A DNA stretch of 64,000 nt from Microbacterium sp. (GTDB lineage: Bacteria > Actinomycetota > Actinomycetes > Actinomycetales > Microbacteriaceae), in the NCBI RefSeq assembly GCF_035554235.1, contig NZ_DATMIO010000177.1:11632-75631 (forward strand), read 5' to 3'. This document shows positions 28,841 to 38,270 of the stretch, piece by piece. A model generated the notes under the pieces. It was given only the letters and a program-made list of their open reading frames with translations. It was not told the DNA's origin and made no database searches. Within the stretch, counting starts at the first letter, position 1. Every line of letters starts with the position of its first letter. A program made the position numbers and the translations under genes.

Positions 28841-29983
28841 CTATCTCGCCGCCCGGATGAGGTGGGCGTAGTCGATCGTCTGCTGAAGGAGGGATCCGCT
28901 CGAGTCGGCGCTGAAGCGTTCGAGCCAGTCGTCGACACCGCTCACGTCGAGCCACGCGGCGCGCTCGACCGCATCGGCGATGGACTCCGGATCGTCATCG
29001 AGCGCCAGCTCACCGGTGACGCCCGGGATGATCGCGTCGGCGACGCCGAGGGCCGTCGACACCGCGACGGACGGGACGCCCCGCGCCGCCGCTTCGACGA
29101 GCACGTTGCCGAGCCCCTCGCGGTGCGAGGGGAGGATGACGACGGAGTTCTCCGCGAAGTGCTCGAACCAGTCCTCGACCCACCCGTGGGGCGTGAACGG
29201 CACGCCCAGCCGATCGGCGAGGGCGACGAGCTCATCCTGCAGCGGGCCGCCGCCGAACGAGACGACCTCGGTGCGGATGCCCCGGGCCGCGAGGGCGCGA
29301 GCGGTGTGCAGGGCCAGGTGAGGGCTCTTCTGCGGAACGAGCCGGCAGGCGAGCACGAGCTGGACGCCCGCCTCCGTGCCCGGCACACGGGCGACCGGCG
29401 TCCGGTCGGTGACCTTCGCCAGCGCGGGGTTCGGCACGACGAGGCTGCGGCTCGGCGGGACGCCGAAGGCGGCCGCCATCTCGGCGCCCACGGGGTGCGA
29501 CGCCGAGGTGACGGCATCCGCCCGCCGGTACCAGCGCTTCGCGAGCCACACCTTGGCGCGGTGCGACGGCGACGAACCCGCGAGCCCGAGGCTGATCAGG
29601 TTGTGCTCGGTGACGACGAGCGTGGGCCCGCTCTGCGACCGACCGCGGGCCGCGATCGCCAGCAGGTTCGGGTACGTCTGCAGCGCCACCGCGGCGTCGT
29701 ACGCCTCAGCTCGGAAGAGCCGGCGCAGGGCGCTCACCTTGGCGCCGTGCCCGCGGAGCGTGCCGAGGCGATGCACCGTGACGCTGGAGGGCACGAGCTC
29801 GGACACCGGCTTGTCGGAGACCATGATCGCGCTGACATCGTGGCCCGCGTCGATGAACCACGTCATCCAGGCGATGCCCACCGCCTCGGCGCCGCCGCCG
29901 TGCAGCGAGGTGACGACGAACGCCACGCGCGGGCGGCCGCGGCGGGGCGCCGCCTCGGTGAGCTCAGGGAGTGCAGAAGACAT
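28841..29983 (-). CDS. GT4 glycosyltransferase
   Basis: SLHGGGAE, RLVPQK, ILPSHREGLGNVLVEAAA. Confidence 0.88.
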   Translation of the reverse strand: MSSALPELTEAAPRRGRPRVAFVVTSLHGGGAEAVGIAWMTWFIDAGHDVSAIMVSDKPVSELVPSSVTVHRLGTLRGHGAKVSALRRLFRAEAYDAAVALQTYPNLLAIAARGRSQSGPTLVVTEHNLISLGLAGSSPSHRAKVWLAKRWYRRADAVTSASHPVGAEMAAAFGVPPSRSLVVPNPALAKVTDRTPVARVPGTEAGVQLVLACRLVPQKSPHLALHTARALAARGIRTEVVSFGGGPLQDELVALADRLGVPFTPHGWVEDWFEHFAENSVVILPSHREGLGNVLVEAAARGVPSVAVSTALGVADAIIPGVTGELALDDDPESIADAVERAAWLDVSGVDDWLERFSADSSGSLLQQTIDYAHLIRAAR

Positions 29984-31388
29984 TCGTCAGCCCTCCCGCG
30001 GCACCGGTGACGCGGTTATCGCAGCCGACGAGCACGCCTCGATCCGCGCCATGCACCCAGACGCCGTTGCCGCTCGCGTCCACCGCGCCGGTGTTCCGGA
30101 CGAACTGGTTGCGATAGCCCCATGTGTCCCAGTACATCGACGCATAGCCGTTGGTGACGGCATCCGTGCCGGTGTTGCCGGCCACGAGCCAGTCATTGCC
30201 GGTGACCAGGATCCAGCCGATGGCCCGCGAGCCGCTCAGCCGGCCGGTGATCGTGTTGCCTTCGATGCGCCCGGCGCTGGTGCCTTCCTTCGCCTCGATC
30301 GGCTCGGCGCCGGCGTCGATGATCGTGTTGTAGATGATCGTGTTGCGGTCGGAGCGATCCGCCGCACCGCCGGTGACCTCCGCCCACCGGCGCTGCGAAG
30401 TGCCGATATAGATGCCCTCCCCGAACGCGACGTCGTGGCTGCCGGTGCGGGCGACGGTGTTGTACAGCACGCCGCTGTCGGTGGTGTTGCCGTACAGGTG
30501 GATCCCCTCGTAGCCCGTGTCCTTCACGACCAGATCGGCCACGGTCACATACCTGCTCTGCTTGACCATCACGCCCTGGAGCGCCCCCGAGACCGTGAAC
30601 CCGGCGAGGCGCACGTGCTCGGTGCCTGTCACGCGAAGCGCCGTGCCCGAGGACGTCGACGTGGCCTGGACGACCGCGCTGCGCGGACCGCAGACCCAGA
30701 TCGGCGCGCTCGCAGTGCCGGAGGCGGTCAGCTGGAAGCCGCCGCGATACGTCCCCGGTGCGAGGGAGATGACGCTGCCGGGCCGCGCCGCGGCGAGGGC
30801 CGCGGTCAGCTGCGTCGCCGTCGCGACGGTGACGGTCGCCGCGGGACACGCGTCGTAGCGGTAGGCGTCGGTGGGGGTCGTGTCGGGTGAGCGGTTCTCG
30901 CCGACGACGAAGGAGTCGAGGTGGGTGACCTTGCCCGATGAGGCGGGGTTCGCGCGGCCGGTCGCGCGGATGCTGATCGTGTGCGCTCCGGCGGACAGGT
31001 CATGCGCGCTGAAGGCGAGCACGCCGTAAGTGGTGGAGCGCGAGTAGTTGTCGACGCTGGTGCGGTACTCGCCGTCGACGTACACGTCGACGATTCCGGC
31101 GGTGGGAGAGTTCCAGGTGTACCAGGTGATGTTCGGCCCGGTGAAGGTGAGCGTCGCGGACGCCGTCGCTGAGCTCGAGTATCGGATGTAGCCCCCGCTC
31201 GACGCGGACGAGCGCAGCGTGCTCCAGCTGCCCGCATAGGCGATCGCGGCGGATGTCTCCTGGTAGGTGCCCGCGCCGACGGTGGTGGCGGCCCGGGCGG
31301 GCGATGGCACCGTCACCGCGGCCGCTGACAGCAGCAGGGTCGCCAGGACGGTCAGAGCGGCGTTCGGGAGGAGCGGTGATCGTGTCAT
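29964..31388 (-). CDS. Secreted protein: galactose-binding-like beta-sandwich + right-handed parallel beta-helix (pectin-lyase-like)
   Basis: Signal peptide ending PARA; LTFTG..VDVYVDG..GAHTISI; AALAAARPGSVISLAPGTY, GEGIYIG, NTII.N repeats; RBS AAGGAA before ATG 31388. Confidence 0.72.
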   Translation of the reverse strand: MTRSPLLPNAALTVLATLLLSAAAVTVPSPARAATTVGAGTYQETSAAIAYAGSWSTLRSSASSGGYIRYSSSATASATLTFTGPNITWYTWNSPTAGIVDVYVDGEYRTSVDNYSRSTTYGVLAFSAHDLSAGAHTISIRATGRANPASSGKVTHLDSFVVGENRSPDTTPTDAYRYDACPAATVTVATATQLTAALAAARPGSVISLAPGTYRGGFQLTASGTASAPIWVCGPRSAVVQATSTSSGTALRVTGTEHVRLAGFTVSGALQGVMVKQSRYVTVADLVVKDTGYEGIHLYGNTTDSGVLYNTVARTGSHDVAFGEGIYIGTSQRRWAEVTGGAADRSDRNTIIYNTIIDAGAEPIEAKEGTSAGRIEGNTITGRLSGSRAIGWILVTGNDWLVAGNTGTDAVTNGYASMYWDTWGYRNQFVRNTGAVDASGNGVWVHGADRGVLVGCDNRVTGAAGGLTNVFCTP

Positions 31389-31588
31389 CAGCAGATTCCT
31401 TCGATGGCGCCCGCGTCGCGCGGTTCCCGGCCGGCGACGACGTGGCTCTGGCAATGTCCGCCCCCAGTGCACTCCGAGGAATGCGTGCCGACCCGATGTC
31501 GCCTCCCATGCTAGGTCAGGCATGCAGGCGGCTCCTCCGTGCGCGTGCGATGTTTCACGCGATCGTCGCTGTCGCGTAACACGCGTGT

Positions 31589-32557
31589 TCACCGCTCGGC
31601 CGCTTTCAGGAGTGCGCGGTGCGCACGCACGGACGTCTTGGCGGTCGCGGCGAGGGCGAAGCGTCGCGCGTCGCGGCGCCGGGCGAAGAGCCACACGTCC
31701 GCAGCGGTCAGGCTGCGACGCCGGGCGCTGAGGTGCGCAGCGCGTTCGACGGGGTCGTAGGGGGCGAGCAGGGCATCCTTGATGCCGGAGAGCTGGATGT
31801 AGCGGGCGCGGAAGTAGCGGTAGTCCTCGGATGCGGTCAGGCCGAGGCGCTCGGCATCCGCCCGCACCGCCTCGTCGATGATGGCGAGCGATTCGGCGCG
31901 CTTGGATGTCGAGGTGATGATCGATCCCGGCCGAAGCCGGTACTCGTAGACCGAGCTCGGGGAGAACACGACGCGATCGGCGTGGGACAGGGCATCGGCC
32001 ACCATGATGAGATCGGACTGCACCCGCGCGGGAGCGAAAGAGCACTGCTGCATGACGCTGCGGCGGAACAGCTTGTTCCAGAGGTGACCCGTGAGCTCGC
32101 CGCGCAGCAGCATGCCGAATGCCTCGGGCCCTGTCACCGGGGCCGACTGCGGGGCCGCGATCGGGCGACGCCCGCCGTCCTGGTAGACGAACTCCGCACC
32201 TGCCACGACGACATCGGCGCGCGACTCGCGTGCGAGGTCGGCCAGGATGACGAGGGCGTCGTCGGGCCAAGTGTCGTCGGCATCCACGAACCACAGATAT
32301 TCACCCGTCGCCTCATCGACCGCGCGCCGGCGGGCGCGGGCGACTCCGCCGTTCACGGACAGCACGATCGCGCGCACCCGTTCGTAGCGGCGATCGAGCC
32401 CACGCGCGACGTCGGCGGTCTCATCGCCCGATCCGTCCTCCACGATCACGACCTCGAAGTCGGCGAACTCCTGCCGGGCGAGACGGGCGACGGTGTCGGG
32501 GAGATACTCCGCCGCGCGGTAGGCCGGGATGACGACCGTGACGAGCGGGCCGTTCAC
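31589..32557 (-). CDS. GT2 glycosyltransferase
   Basis: VTVVIPAY, EDGSGD, NGGVARAR, FVDADD, HLWNKLFRR. Confidence 0.9.
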   Translation of the reverse strand: MNGPLVTVVIPAYRAAEYLPDTVARLARQEFADFEVVIVEDGSGDETADVARGLDRRYERVRAIVLSVNGGVARARRRAVDEATGEYLWFVDADDTWPDDALVILADLARESRADVVVAGAEFVYQDGGRRPIAAPQSAPVTGPEAFGMLLRGELTGHLWNKLFRRSVMQQCSFAPARVQSDLIMVADALSHADRVVFSPSSVYEYRLRPGSIITSTSKRAESLAIIDEAVRADAERLGLTASEDYRYFRARYIQLSGIKDALLAPYDPVERAAHLSARRRSLTAADVWLFARRRDARRFALAATAKTSVRAHRALLKAAER

Positions 32558-33654
32558 GCCGCCTTCTCCTTGCGGTGCACCCGTGCCGTGCGGTGCACCC
32601 GTGCGCGGAGGGTGTCGGTGACGGCGGCCAGCCGGGTGCGGGCGGTCGTGACCGCCACCATGATCGCGGACCTTCGGCCGAGGGCGTCACGGATGGTCGC
32701 GAGGGCGGCGTCGCGATCGCCGAGGTCGCGGGCAACGCTCGTACGCGGGATGCCCGCCCCCTCGAGCGTTCGGGTGACCTTGTCCATCGGCCCGCTGCTC
32801 AGGGCGATCGGCACCGCTCCCTCGGTCGCGGCGATCACGACCGCGTGGAGGCGATCGCTCAGCACGATGGCGCTGTCGCGATAGACGGCGCGAAGCCGCT
32901 CCTCCTGGCGCGCGTGATTATCATCGAGCCACACGACCGCATCGCACCCCAGCCGGGCGGCGAGTTCGCGGGCCAGCGGGCCGTCGCGCTCGATCTGGGC
33001 GAGCACCACCGGCCGCAGGCCGAGCTGTTCGGCGAGCCACGCGACGGCGTCGATCCACTCGGTGCTCGGCTTCTCTCTGGCCGCGTGGCTGAGCCCCTGA
33101 CGGACGGCGATGGCGAGCAGCGGCCGCGGGCGTTCGGCATCGGCGAGGAGCTCGTCCGGCGACCCGAGCGCGAACGCCCAGTCCGGGGTGACGGTGCCGA
33201 GGTTCATGATGCTGCGGCTCGGGGAGTCCCGCCAAGAGACCATGTGGCAGAGCCGGAGGACGGCCGCGATGGGGTGGCGCCACACGGTGGATTCCCGCAC
33301 ACCGACGCCGAGCTGCACCGCGACGCCGCCGCGAAGCCGGTTCACGACGAGCAGCGGCGCGAGCTTCAGGTAGCGCTTGGCGAATGCCGCCTGCACCTCC
33401 GTCTCGCCCGTGTCGAACGCGTAGACCCCGCTGCCGGTCAGCAGCTGCTTCGACACCGCGCGGCGCCACTCCTTCGAGTCGCGGACGGGGATGTCGTCGG
33501 CGTGGAGGCCGAGACCGCTGATGTAGTCGTCGGTCTTGTCGCCGACGTAGACCCGCAGGGGCGCGATCGTTCGGAGGTGATCGAGGAACCCTCGTCGCAG
33601 CACGGTGTCACCCACGTTGTCGTACTGGCCCACGGCCGATGCCAGGATTCTCAT
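32554..33654 (-). CDS. Divergent polysaccharide pyruvyl transferase-like protein
   Basis: GQYDNVGDTVL, SWRDSPS, PDWAF, LSDRLHAVV; paralogue of 23951-25141. Confidence 0.65.
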   Translation of the reverse strand: MRILASAVGQYDNVGDTVLRRGFLDHLRTIAPLRVYVGDKTDDYISGLGLHADDIPVRDSKEWRRAVSKQLLTGSGVYAFDTGETEVQAAFAKRYLKLAPLLVVNRLRGGVAVQLGVGVRESTVWRHPIAAVLRLCHMVSWRDSPSRSIMNLGTVTPDWAFALGSPDELLADAERPRPLLAIAVRQGLSHAAREKPSTEWIDAVAWLAEQLGLRPVVLAQIERDGPLARELAARLGCDAVVWLDDNHARQEERLRAVYRDSAIVLSDRLHAVVIAATEGAVPIALSSGPMDKVTRTLEGAGIPRTSVARDLGDRDAALATIRDALGRRSAIMVAVTTARTRLAAVTDTLRARVHRTARVHRKEKAA

Positions 33655-34808
33655 GCGCGGTCTCTCCTCGCTATTGCCTTGTGCAGGGACGCCACGAGCA
33701 GGCGGCCGCTCTCGTCGGTCGAGAAGCGCTGGGCCCAGCCGCTGACGTGTCGCATCGACGAGCTCCGCGCGCGGAGGACTGCGGCCGCGACGGCCTCGGG
33801 GGTGCCGGTCAGGGCCAGCTCGCCCGTGATGCTCGGAACGAGCGCGTCGGCGACGCCGTAGGAATTGGAGATCGCGACGCTCGGGATGCCGCCGAGGGCG
33901 GCCTCGACGAGCACATTGCCGAAACCCTCCCGGTACGACGGCAGCACGACGATCGAGCCCGGCGGGGTCTCGGCCACCCAATCCTCGACCCAGCCGCGAA
34001 GAGACAGCGGCACAGCGGCGGCGTGCGCCGACGCTTCCAGGGCCGGCCGGCCGGGGCCCTGGCCGAAGCACAGCAGGCGGGCGTCGGCACCGCCGGCGCG
34101 CAACAGCGCGGCGGCCGTTACCGCCAGCTCCACCCGCTTCTGCGGTACGAGGCGGAGGGGCAGCACGAGATGCAGTGGGATGCCGTCGGCCTCGCGCACT
34201 TCTGTCCGCGGTGCGTCGGCGCCCGGTGCTTCGGCCCGCCGCATCTCAGACCCCCGTACCTCCGCGCCCCGTACCTCCGCCGCCCGCACTTCAGCAGAGT
34301 GCGCTGACGGGTTGGGAACCACGACGACCTGACCGCCGCGCATACCGAACGCGCTCACGAGCTGTGCGGCCACCGGATGGGAGACCGCGATGCCCAGGTC
34401 GGCGCGGTGGTACAGGCGCCGGGCGAGCCACATCTTCAGCCGCTCGCCGAGGCCGACCGGCTCGTGTTCGCGGGTGGTGATGTTGCGCTCGCTCACGATC
34501 AGGGCGGGACGGCTCCGGCGTGCGCCAAGCGCGGCGATCGCGACGAGGTTGGGGTAGCTCTGCAGCGCGAGGACCACGTCGGCGCTTTCGCGGGTGAGCT
34601 CCGCGCGGAGCGCACGGACGGCACCGAGATGCCCCCGGCCCTCGAGGGCGCGGGCGCGCGCGCCGCCCTCCAGCGTGCGCGCGGTGCACCCCGAGGTGGT
34701 GAGCACGCGCACGTCGTGGCCGCGGGCGCCGAGCCAGCTCGCCCACGTGCGGGCGACGAACTCGGCACCGCCGCCGGAGAGCGAGGTGGTGAGGATGAGG
34801 ACTCGCAC
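33651..34808 (-). CDS. GT4 glycosyltransferase with internal AEVRG pentapeptide-repeat insertion
   Basis: SLSGGGAE, RLVPQK, VLPSYREGFGNVLVEAAL; paralogue of 28841-29983; GTG start 34808. Confidence 0.85.
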   Translation of the reverse strand: MRVLILTTSLSGGGAEFVARTWASWLGARGHDVRVLTTSGCTARTLEGGARARALEGRGHLGAVRALRAELTRESADVVLALQSYPNLVAIAALGARRSRPALIVSERNITTREHEPVGLGERLKMWLARRLYHRADLGIAVSHPVAAQLVSAFGMRGGQVVVVPNPSAHSAEVRAAEVRGAEVRGSEMRRAEAPGADAPRTEVREADGIPLHLVLPLRLVPQKRVELAVTAAALLRAGGADARLLCFGQGPGRPALEASAHAAAVPLSLRGWVEDWVAETPPGSIVVLPSYREGFGNVLVEAALGGIPSVAISNSYGVADALVPSITGELALTGTPEAVAAAVLRARSSSMRHVSGWAQRFSTDESGRLLVASLHKAIARRDRA

Positions 34809-34833
34809 GGCATCGACCTGGTGCCCCGCGATG

Positions 34834-36195
34834 CTAAACCCCGGCGGGTCGCAGGTCGCGGTACATCGATGCCGCTGGGTCGGCATCCACACCCGACACG
34901 GCGGCATCCAGCACCACGACGCCGATGACATCGGCGTTCACGGCTGCCAGCGCGTCCACCGCGGCGGTGACCTCTGACGAAGTGACCCGGCCGGCCGAGA
35001 CTGCGAGAACGGTGGAATCGGCGGCGGTCGCCGCGAACAGCGTGTCGCTCAGCGGAAGCGCGGGCGCGGCATCCACGAGCACCATGTCGAACTGCGACCT
35101 GAGCGTCTTCAGGATCTCCTCGAAGCGGCGTCCCGAGAACAGTTCCGCCGGGCTCTCGGTCGGGGCGCCTGAGGGAAGGACAGTCAGCCCGTTCACCGTC
35201 TGCAGCGCGTTCGCGACGGTCGACGTGCCCGTCAGGCACTCGGCGAGGCCGGGACCGGTCAGCCCGAGCGAGGATGAGATCGTGCCGGAGCGGAGGTTGG
35301 CATCGACGAGCACGGTGCGCACACCGAACTCCTGCATCGCGAGGGCGAGATTGCCGGTGAGGGCCGATGTGCTGTCGCGAGGGGTCGCCGATGCGACCGC
35401 GACGATGCCCAGCCGCGCGCCGGGAGTGTGCCCGAGTGTGGCGGCGACGGTGCGGTAGGCCTCGGCGACCCGACTCAGCGGTTGATCGTAGACCTCGGTG
35501 ACGGAGGAGGCGCCGGATGGCGCGGGCACGGTGCCGAGGCTTCGGATCGACTCGTGGCGGCCCGCGAGGCTGGCCGATGAATAGACGCGGCGGTCGGAGA
35601 CGGCCGCGACGGCGATCCAGATCACGCCGGCGGCGAGACCCACGAAGAGGCCGAGTGCGATGTTGAGCAGGACGTTGGGCGACGAGGGGTCCTCGGCGGG
35701 GATCGGGTCCTGCAGTGATTCGATGCGCACGGGCGGCACGCCGCCGCCGGAGGGCGTCTCGAGCTCCCGCACGGTGTCGCTGAACGACTCGACGACAGCG
35801 GTCGTCAGCGTCGCGGCATCCTGCGGGTTCGCGGCCGTGGCGCTGATCTGCATGACGGCGCTGTTCGCGGGCACCGAGACCGAGACGTCGCGGGCGAGCT
35901 CGTCGGTCGTCGTGTCGAGTCCGAGCGTGTCGATCACGTCGGCCAGAACGCGGGGAGAGTCGACGACCTCCTGGTAGGAATACACCTTCTGGATCGCGAA
36001 GTTGTTGGCCTGCACGAGCTCGGCCGAGCCCGCTCCCGTCGGTGCGTCGAATGCGACGAAGATCTGGCTGCTCGACGAGTACTCGGGAGTCATCAGCAGC
36101 GTGCTGGCCGCACCGGCGAGGCCGCCCGCGAGGGTGAGGGCGATGACGGCCCACCACCACTTCTTGATTGATCGGATCAGTGTCGTGGAGCTCAT
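34834..36195 (-). CDS. Wzz/Wzc-like chain-length determinant fused to a degenerate BY-kinase domain
   Basis: KKWWWAVI..TM..TPEYSS, SYQEVVDSPRVL, PSSPNVLLNIALG; AEAYRT, LVDANLR, DMVLVDAAP; Walker A replaced by ATPRDSTS. Confidence 0.82.
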   Translation of the reverse strand: MSSTTLIRSIKKWWWAVIALTLAGGLAGAASTLLMTPEYSSSSQIFVAFDAPTGAGSAELVQANNFAIQKVYSYQEVVDSPRVLADVIDTLGLDTTTDELARDVSVSVPANSAVMQISATAANPQDAATLTTAVVESFSDTVRELETPSGGGVPPVRIESLQDPIPAEDPSSPNVLLNIALGLFVGLAAGVIWIAVAAVSDRRVYSSASLAGRHESIRSLGTVPAPSGASSVTEVYDQPLSRVAEAYRTVAATLGHTPGARLGIVAVASATPRDSTSALTGNLALAMQEFGVRTVLVDANLRSGTISSSLGLTGPGLAECLTGTSTVANALQTVNGLTVLPSGAPTESPAELFSGRRFEEILKTLRSQFDMVLVDAAPALPLSDTLFAATAADSTVLAVSAGRVTSSEVTAAVDALAAVNADVIGVVVLDAAVSGVDADPAASMYRDLRPAGV

Positions 36196-36354
36196 ACGGT
36201 GTCCGTTCGTCGGTGCCTGACGGTCAGTCCAGGACTCGTGCTCCGGATCCACGACGCCACGCAACGGAACGCCACGCTCCGGTTGCGAGTGAACACGTCG
36301 AACCTATCGAGGTCATGTTGCGTGCTTGTTGCGTTCGATGAGCGTTGTGTGAAG

Positions 36355-37215
36355 TCATGGTGACGAGTTCGAGTCGAGGAAGGCGAGGATCGCGGCCCGT
36401 GTCTTGCTGTTGAGAAGCTGCAGACCGTGCCGGTCGCCGTGCACGACGATCAGCTCGTGCTCGACCCCGGCGGCATCGAGCGCCCCGTCGAGCGCTTCGG
36501 CCTGCTCGATCGGGATGATCTCGTCGGAGCCGTGCACGAGGAGGGTGCGCGGCAGGCGGGCGGCCACAGTGAGCGGGGATGCCTCGCCCGCCACCGCGCA
36601 GTCCTCCGGTCTCTTGCATCCGAGGTAGGCCAGCACGACCTTCTCCAGGGCGGCCGAGGGGTGTCCGAGCGCCGCGGCGTCGGCCGTCAGGTCGCCGGCG
36701 GCCGAGAGGGTCACGACCGATGTCACGGGCACGGGGGCGGCCGCGGCCGCGCTGAGTGCGATGATCCCGCCCGCGGAGCTGCCGAGCAGCGACAGCTGAT
36801 CGCCGAGCCCGAAGGCCTCGACCTGGGCGGGCTCGCGCAGCCACGCCACCGCGGCGCTCACGTCGTCGACCTGCGCCGGGTAGGTGTCGGGGATGAGCCG
36901 GTAGTCCACGGCGAACGCCGCGAATCCGCCGGCGGCGAGCATCTCGCACACGCCGAGCATCGTCGACCGGTCGCCGGTCTCGAACGCCCCGCCGTGGACG
37001 AGGACGAGCGTCTGGAGCGGCCGCTCGTGGTCGCCCGGCAGGCAGGCGTCCAGCTGCAGCTCCTGCCCGTCCACCTCCCGGTAGGTGATGTCCCGCTCGA
37101 CATCGACGCCGGGGGCGGACGTCGACGGCGCGGACGCGGGCGTCGCCGCGCAGCCGGTCAAGGCGAGCGCGGCGATCGCAACCACGGCCGCGATGCGGCC
37201 CAGTCGCGTCGTCAT
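36355..37215 (-). CDS. Lipoprotein alpha/beta hydrolase (esterase/lipase)
   Basis: Lipobox LTGC; VLVHGGAF, VDYRL, LGSSAGG, LVHGSDEIIP, RHG. Confidence 0.85.
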   Translation of the reverse strand: MTTRLGRIAAVVAIAALALTGCAATPASAPSTSAPGVDVERDITYREVDGQELQLDACLPGDHERPLQTLVLVHGGAFETGDRSTMLGVCEMLAAGGFAAFAVDYRLIPDTYPAQVDDVSAAVAWLREPAQVEAFGLGDQLSLLGSSAGGIIALSAAAAAPVPVTSVVTLSAAGDLTADAAALGHPSAALEKVVLAYLGCKRPEDCAVAGEASPLTVAARLPRTLLVHGSDEIIPIEQAEALDGALDAAGVEHELIVVHGDRHGLQLLNSKTRAAILAFLDSNSSP

Positions 37216-38270
37216 CGGGCTCTCATCCTTCCGCTTCCGGCGGCGATCATCGCGTCGCGATAGACCGCCCGATGCCGCCTGCCCACCTCGTCCCAGTCGC
37301 GGCCGTCGAGCCGGGGGCGGGACGAAGGGTCGATCGTGCGAGCGGATTCGAGGGCGGCCGACAGGGCGGCATCCGTCAGCTCCCCGTCGTACTCGATGAC
37401 CCAGCCCGGTCCCGCCTCCGCGGAGAGCGCGGAATTCGATGCGCTCCGCGGCACGAGGATCGGGCGATCGAGCGAGAGGGCCACGAGCGCCGCGCCGGAG
37501 TTGTGCATCTCGGCGTACGGGAGCACGACGAGCGAGGCCCGGCTGATCTCGCGCACGAGCTCGTCGTCGTCGACGAACGCGAGGCGCGTCGTGACGTCGG
37601 GCGTATCGGCGGTGAGCGAGGCGATCCGCTCGCTCAGCTCGGGAGTGGGCGAGCCGACGATGCGAAGGCGCTGCCCGGGCCGGTCGCGCGATGTGAAGAC
37701 GTCGATGAGCTTCTCGACGCCCTTGTACGGCCGGATGATGCCGAAGTAGAGCACCAGGCCCGCTTCGCGCGCCTCGCGCGGGTGTTCCGCGAAGCGGTCG
37801 CGGTAGTGGCCGTGCAGGATCGTGACGGCATCCATCCACGGCTCGACCTCGGTCGTGGGGTTGAGCCGGATGAACGTCGTCGTCCGCCGGTCGATCTTCG
37901 CCAGCAGCCGCCGCTCGCCGCGGCCGCCCCGCTCGTGCGGGTGCAGGTTGTGCACCGTGCGGACGATCGGGATGCGGCGCACCCGCGTGACGAGCAGCGT
38001 GGCGCGCATCGCCTGTCGCTTGCCGAAGCGCGTGCGGCCCGACTTCGCACGGAGCAGGAACTCGGGCCAGTGGAGGTGCAGCACGTCGTAGTCGCCCGCG
38101 AGGGCCCGCTTCCAGGAGAAGTACGACACCTCGACGTCGTCGGGTGCGCCCTCCGTCATCTGGTCGACGTATTTCGTGGTGCCGTCCGGGGGAGCGAGCG
38201 AGTGCAGGACGCGAACCGTGTCTCTCGTCGTGCCGCTGGTGGTCGCCGTTTCGGTGGTCACGCGCCGCAT
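37212..38270 (-). CDS. GT4-like glycosyltransferase (GumI-like)
   Basis: LHLHWPE, RTVHNLHPHE, FGIIRPYKGVE, VLPY..MHNSG. Confidence 0.75.
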   Translation of the reverse strand: MRRVTTETATTSGTTRDTVRVLHSLAPPDGTTKYVDQMTEGAPDDVEVSYFSWKRALAGDYDVLHLHWPEFLLRAKSGRTRFGKRQAMRATLLVTRVRRIPIVRTVHNLHPHERGGRGERRLLAKIDRRTTTFIRLNPTTEVEPWMDAVTILHGHYRDRFAEHPREAREAGLVLYFGIIRPYKGVEKLIDVFTSRDRPGQRLRIVGSPTPELSERIASLTADTPDVTTRLAFVDDDELVREISRASLVVLPYAEMHNSGAALVALSLDRPILVPRSASNSALSAEAGPGWVIEYDGELTDAALSAALESARTIDPSSRPRLDGRDWDEVGRRHRAVYRDAMIAAGSGRMRAR

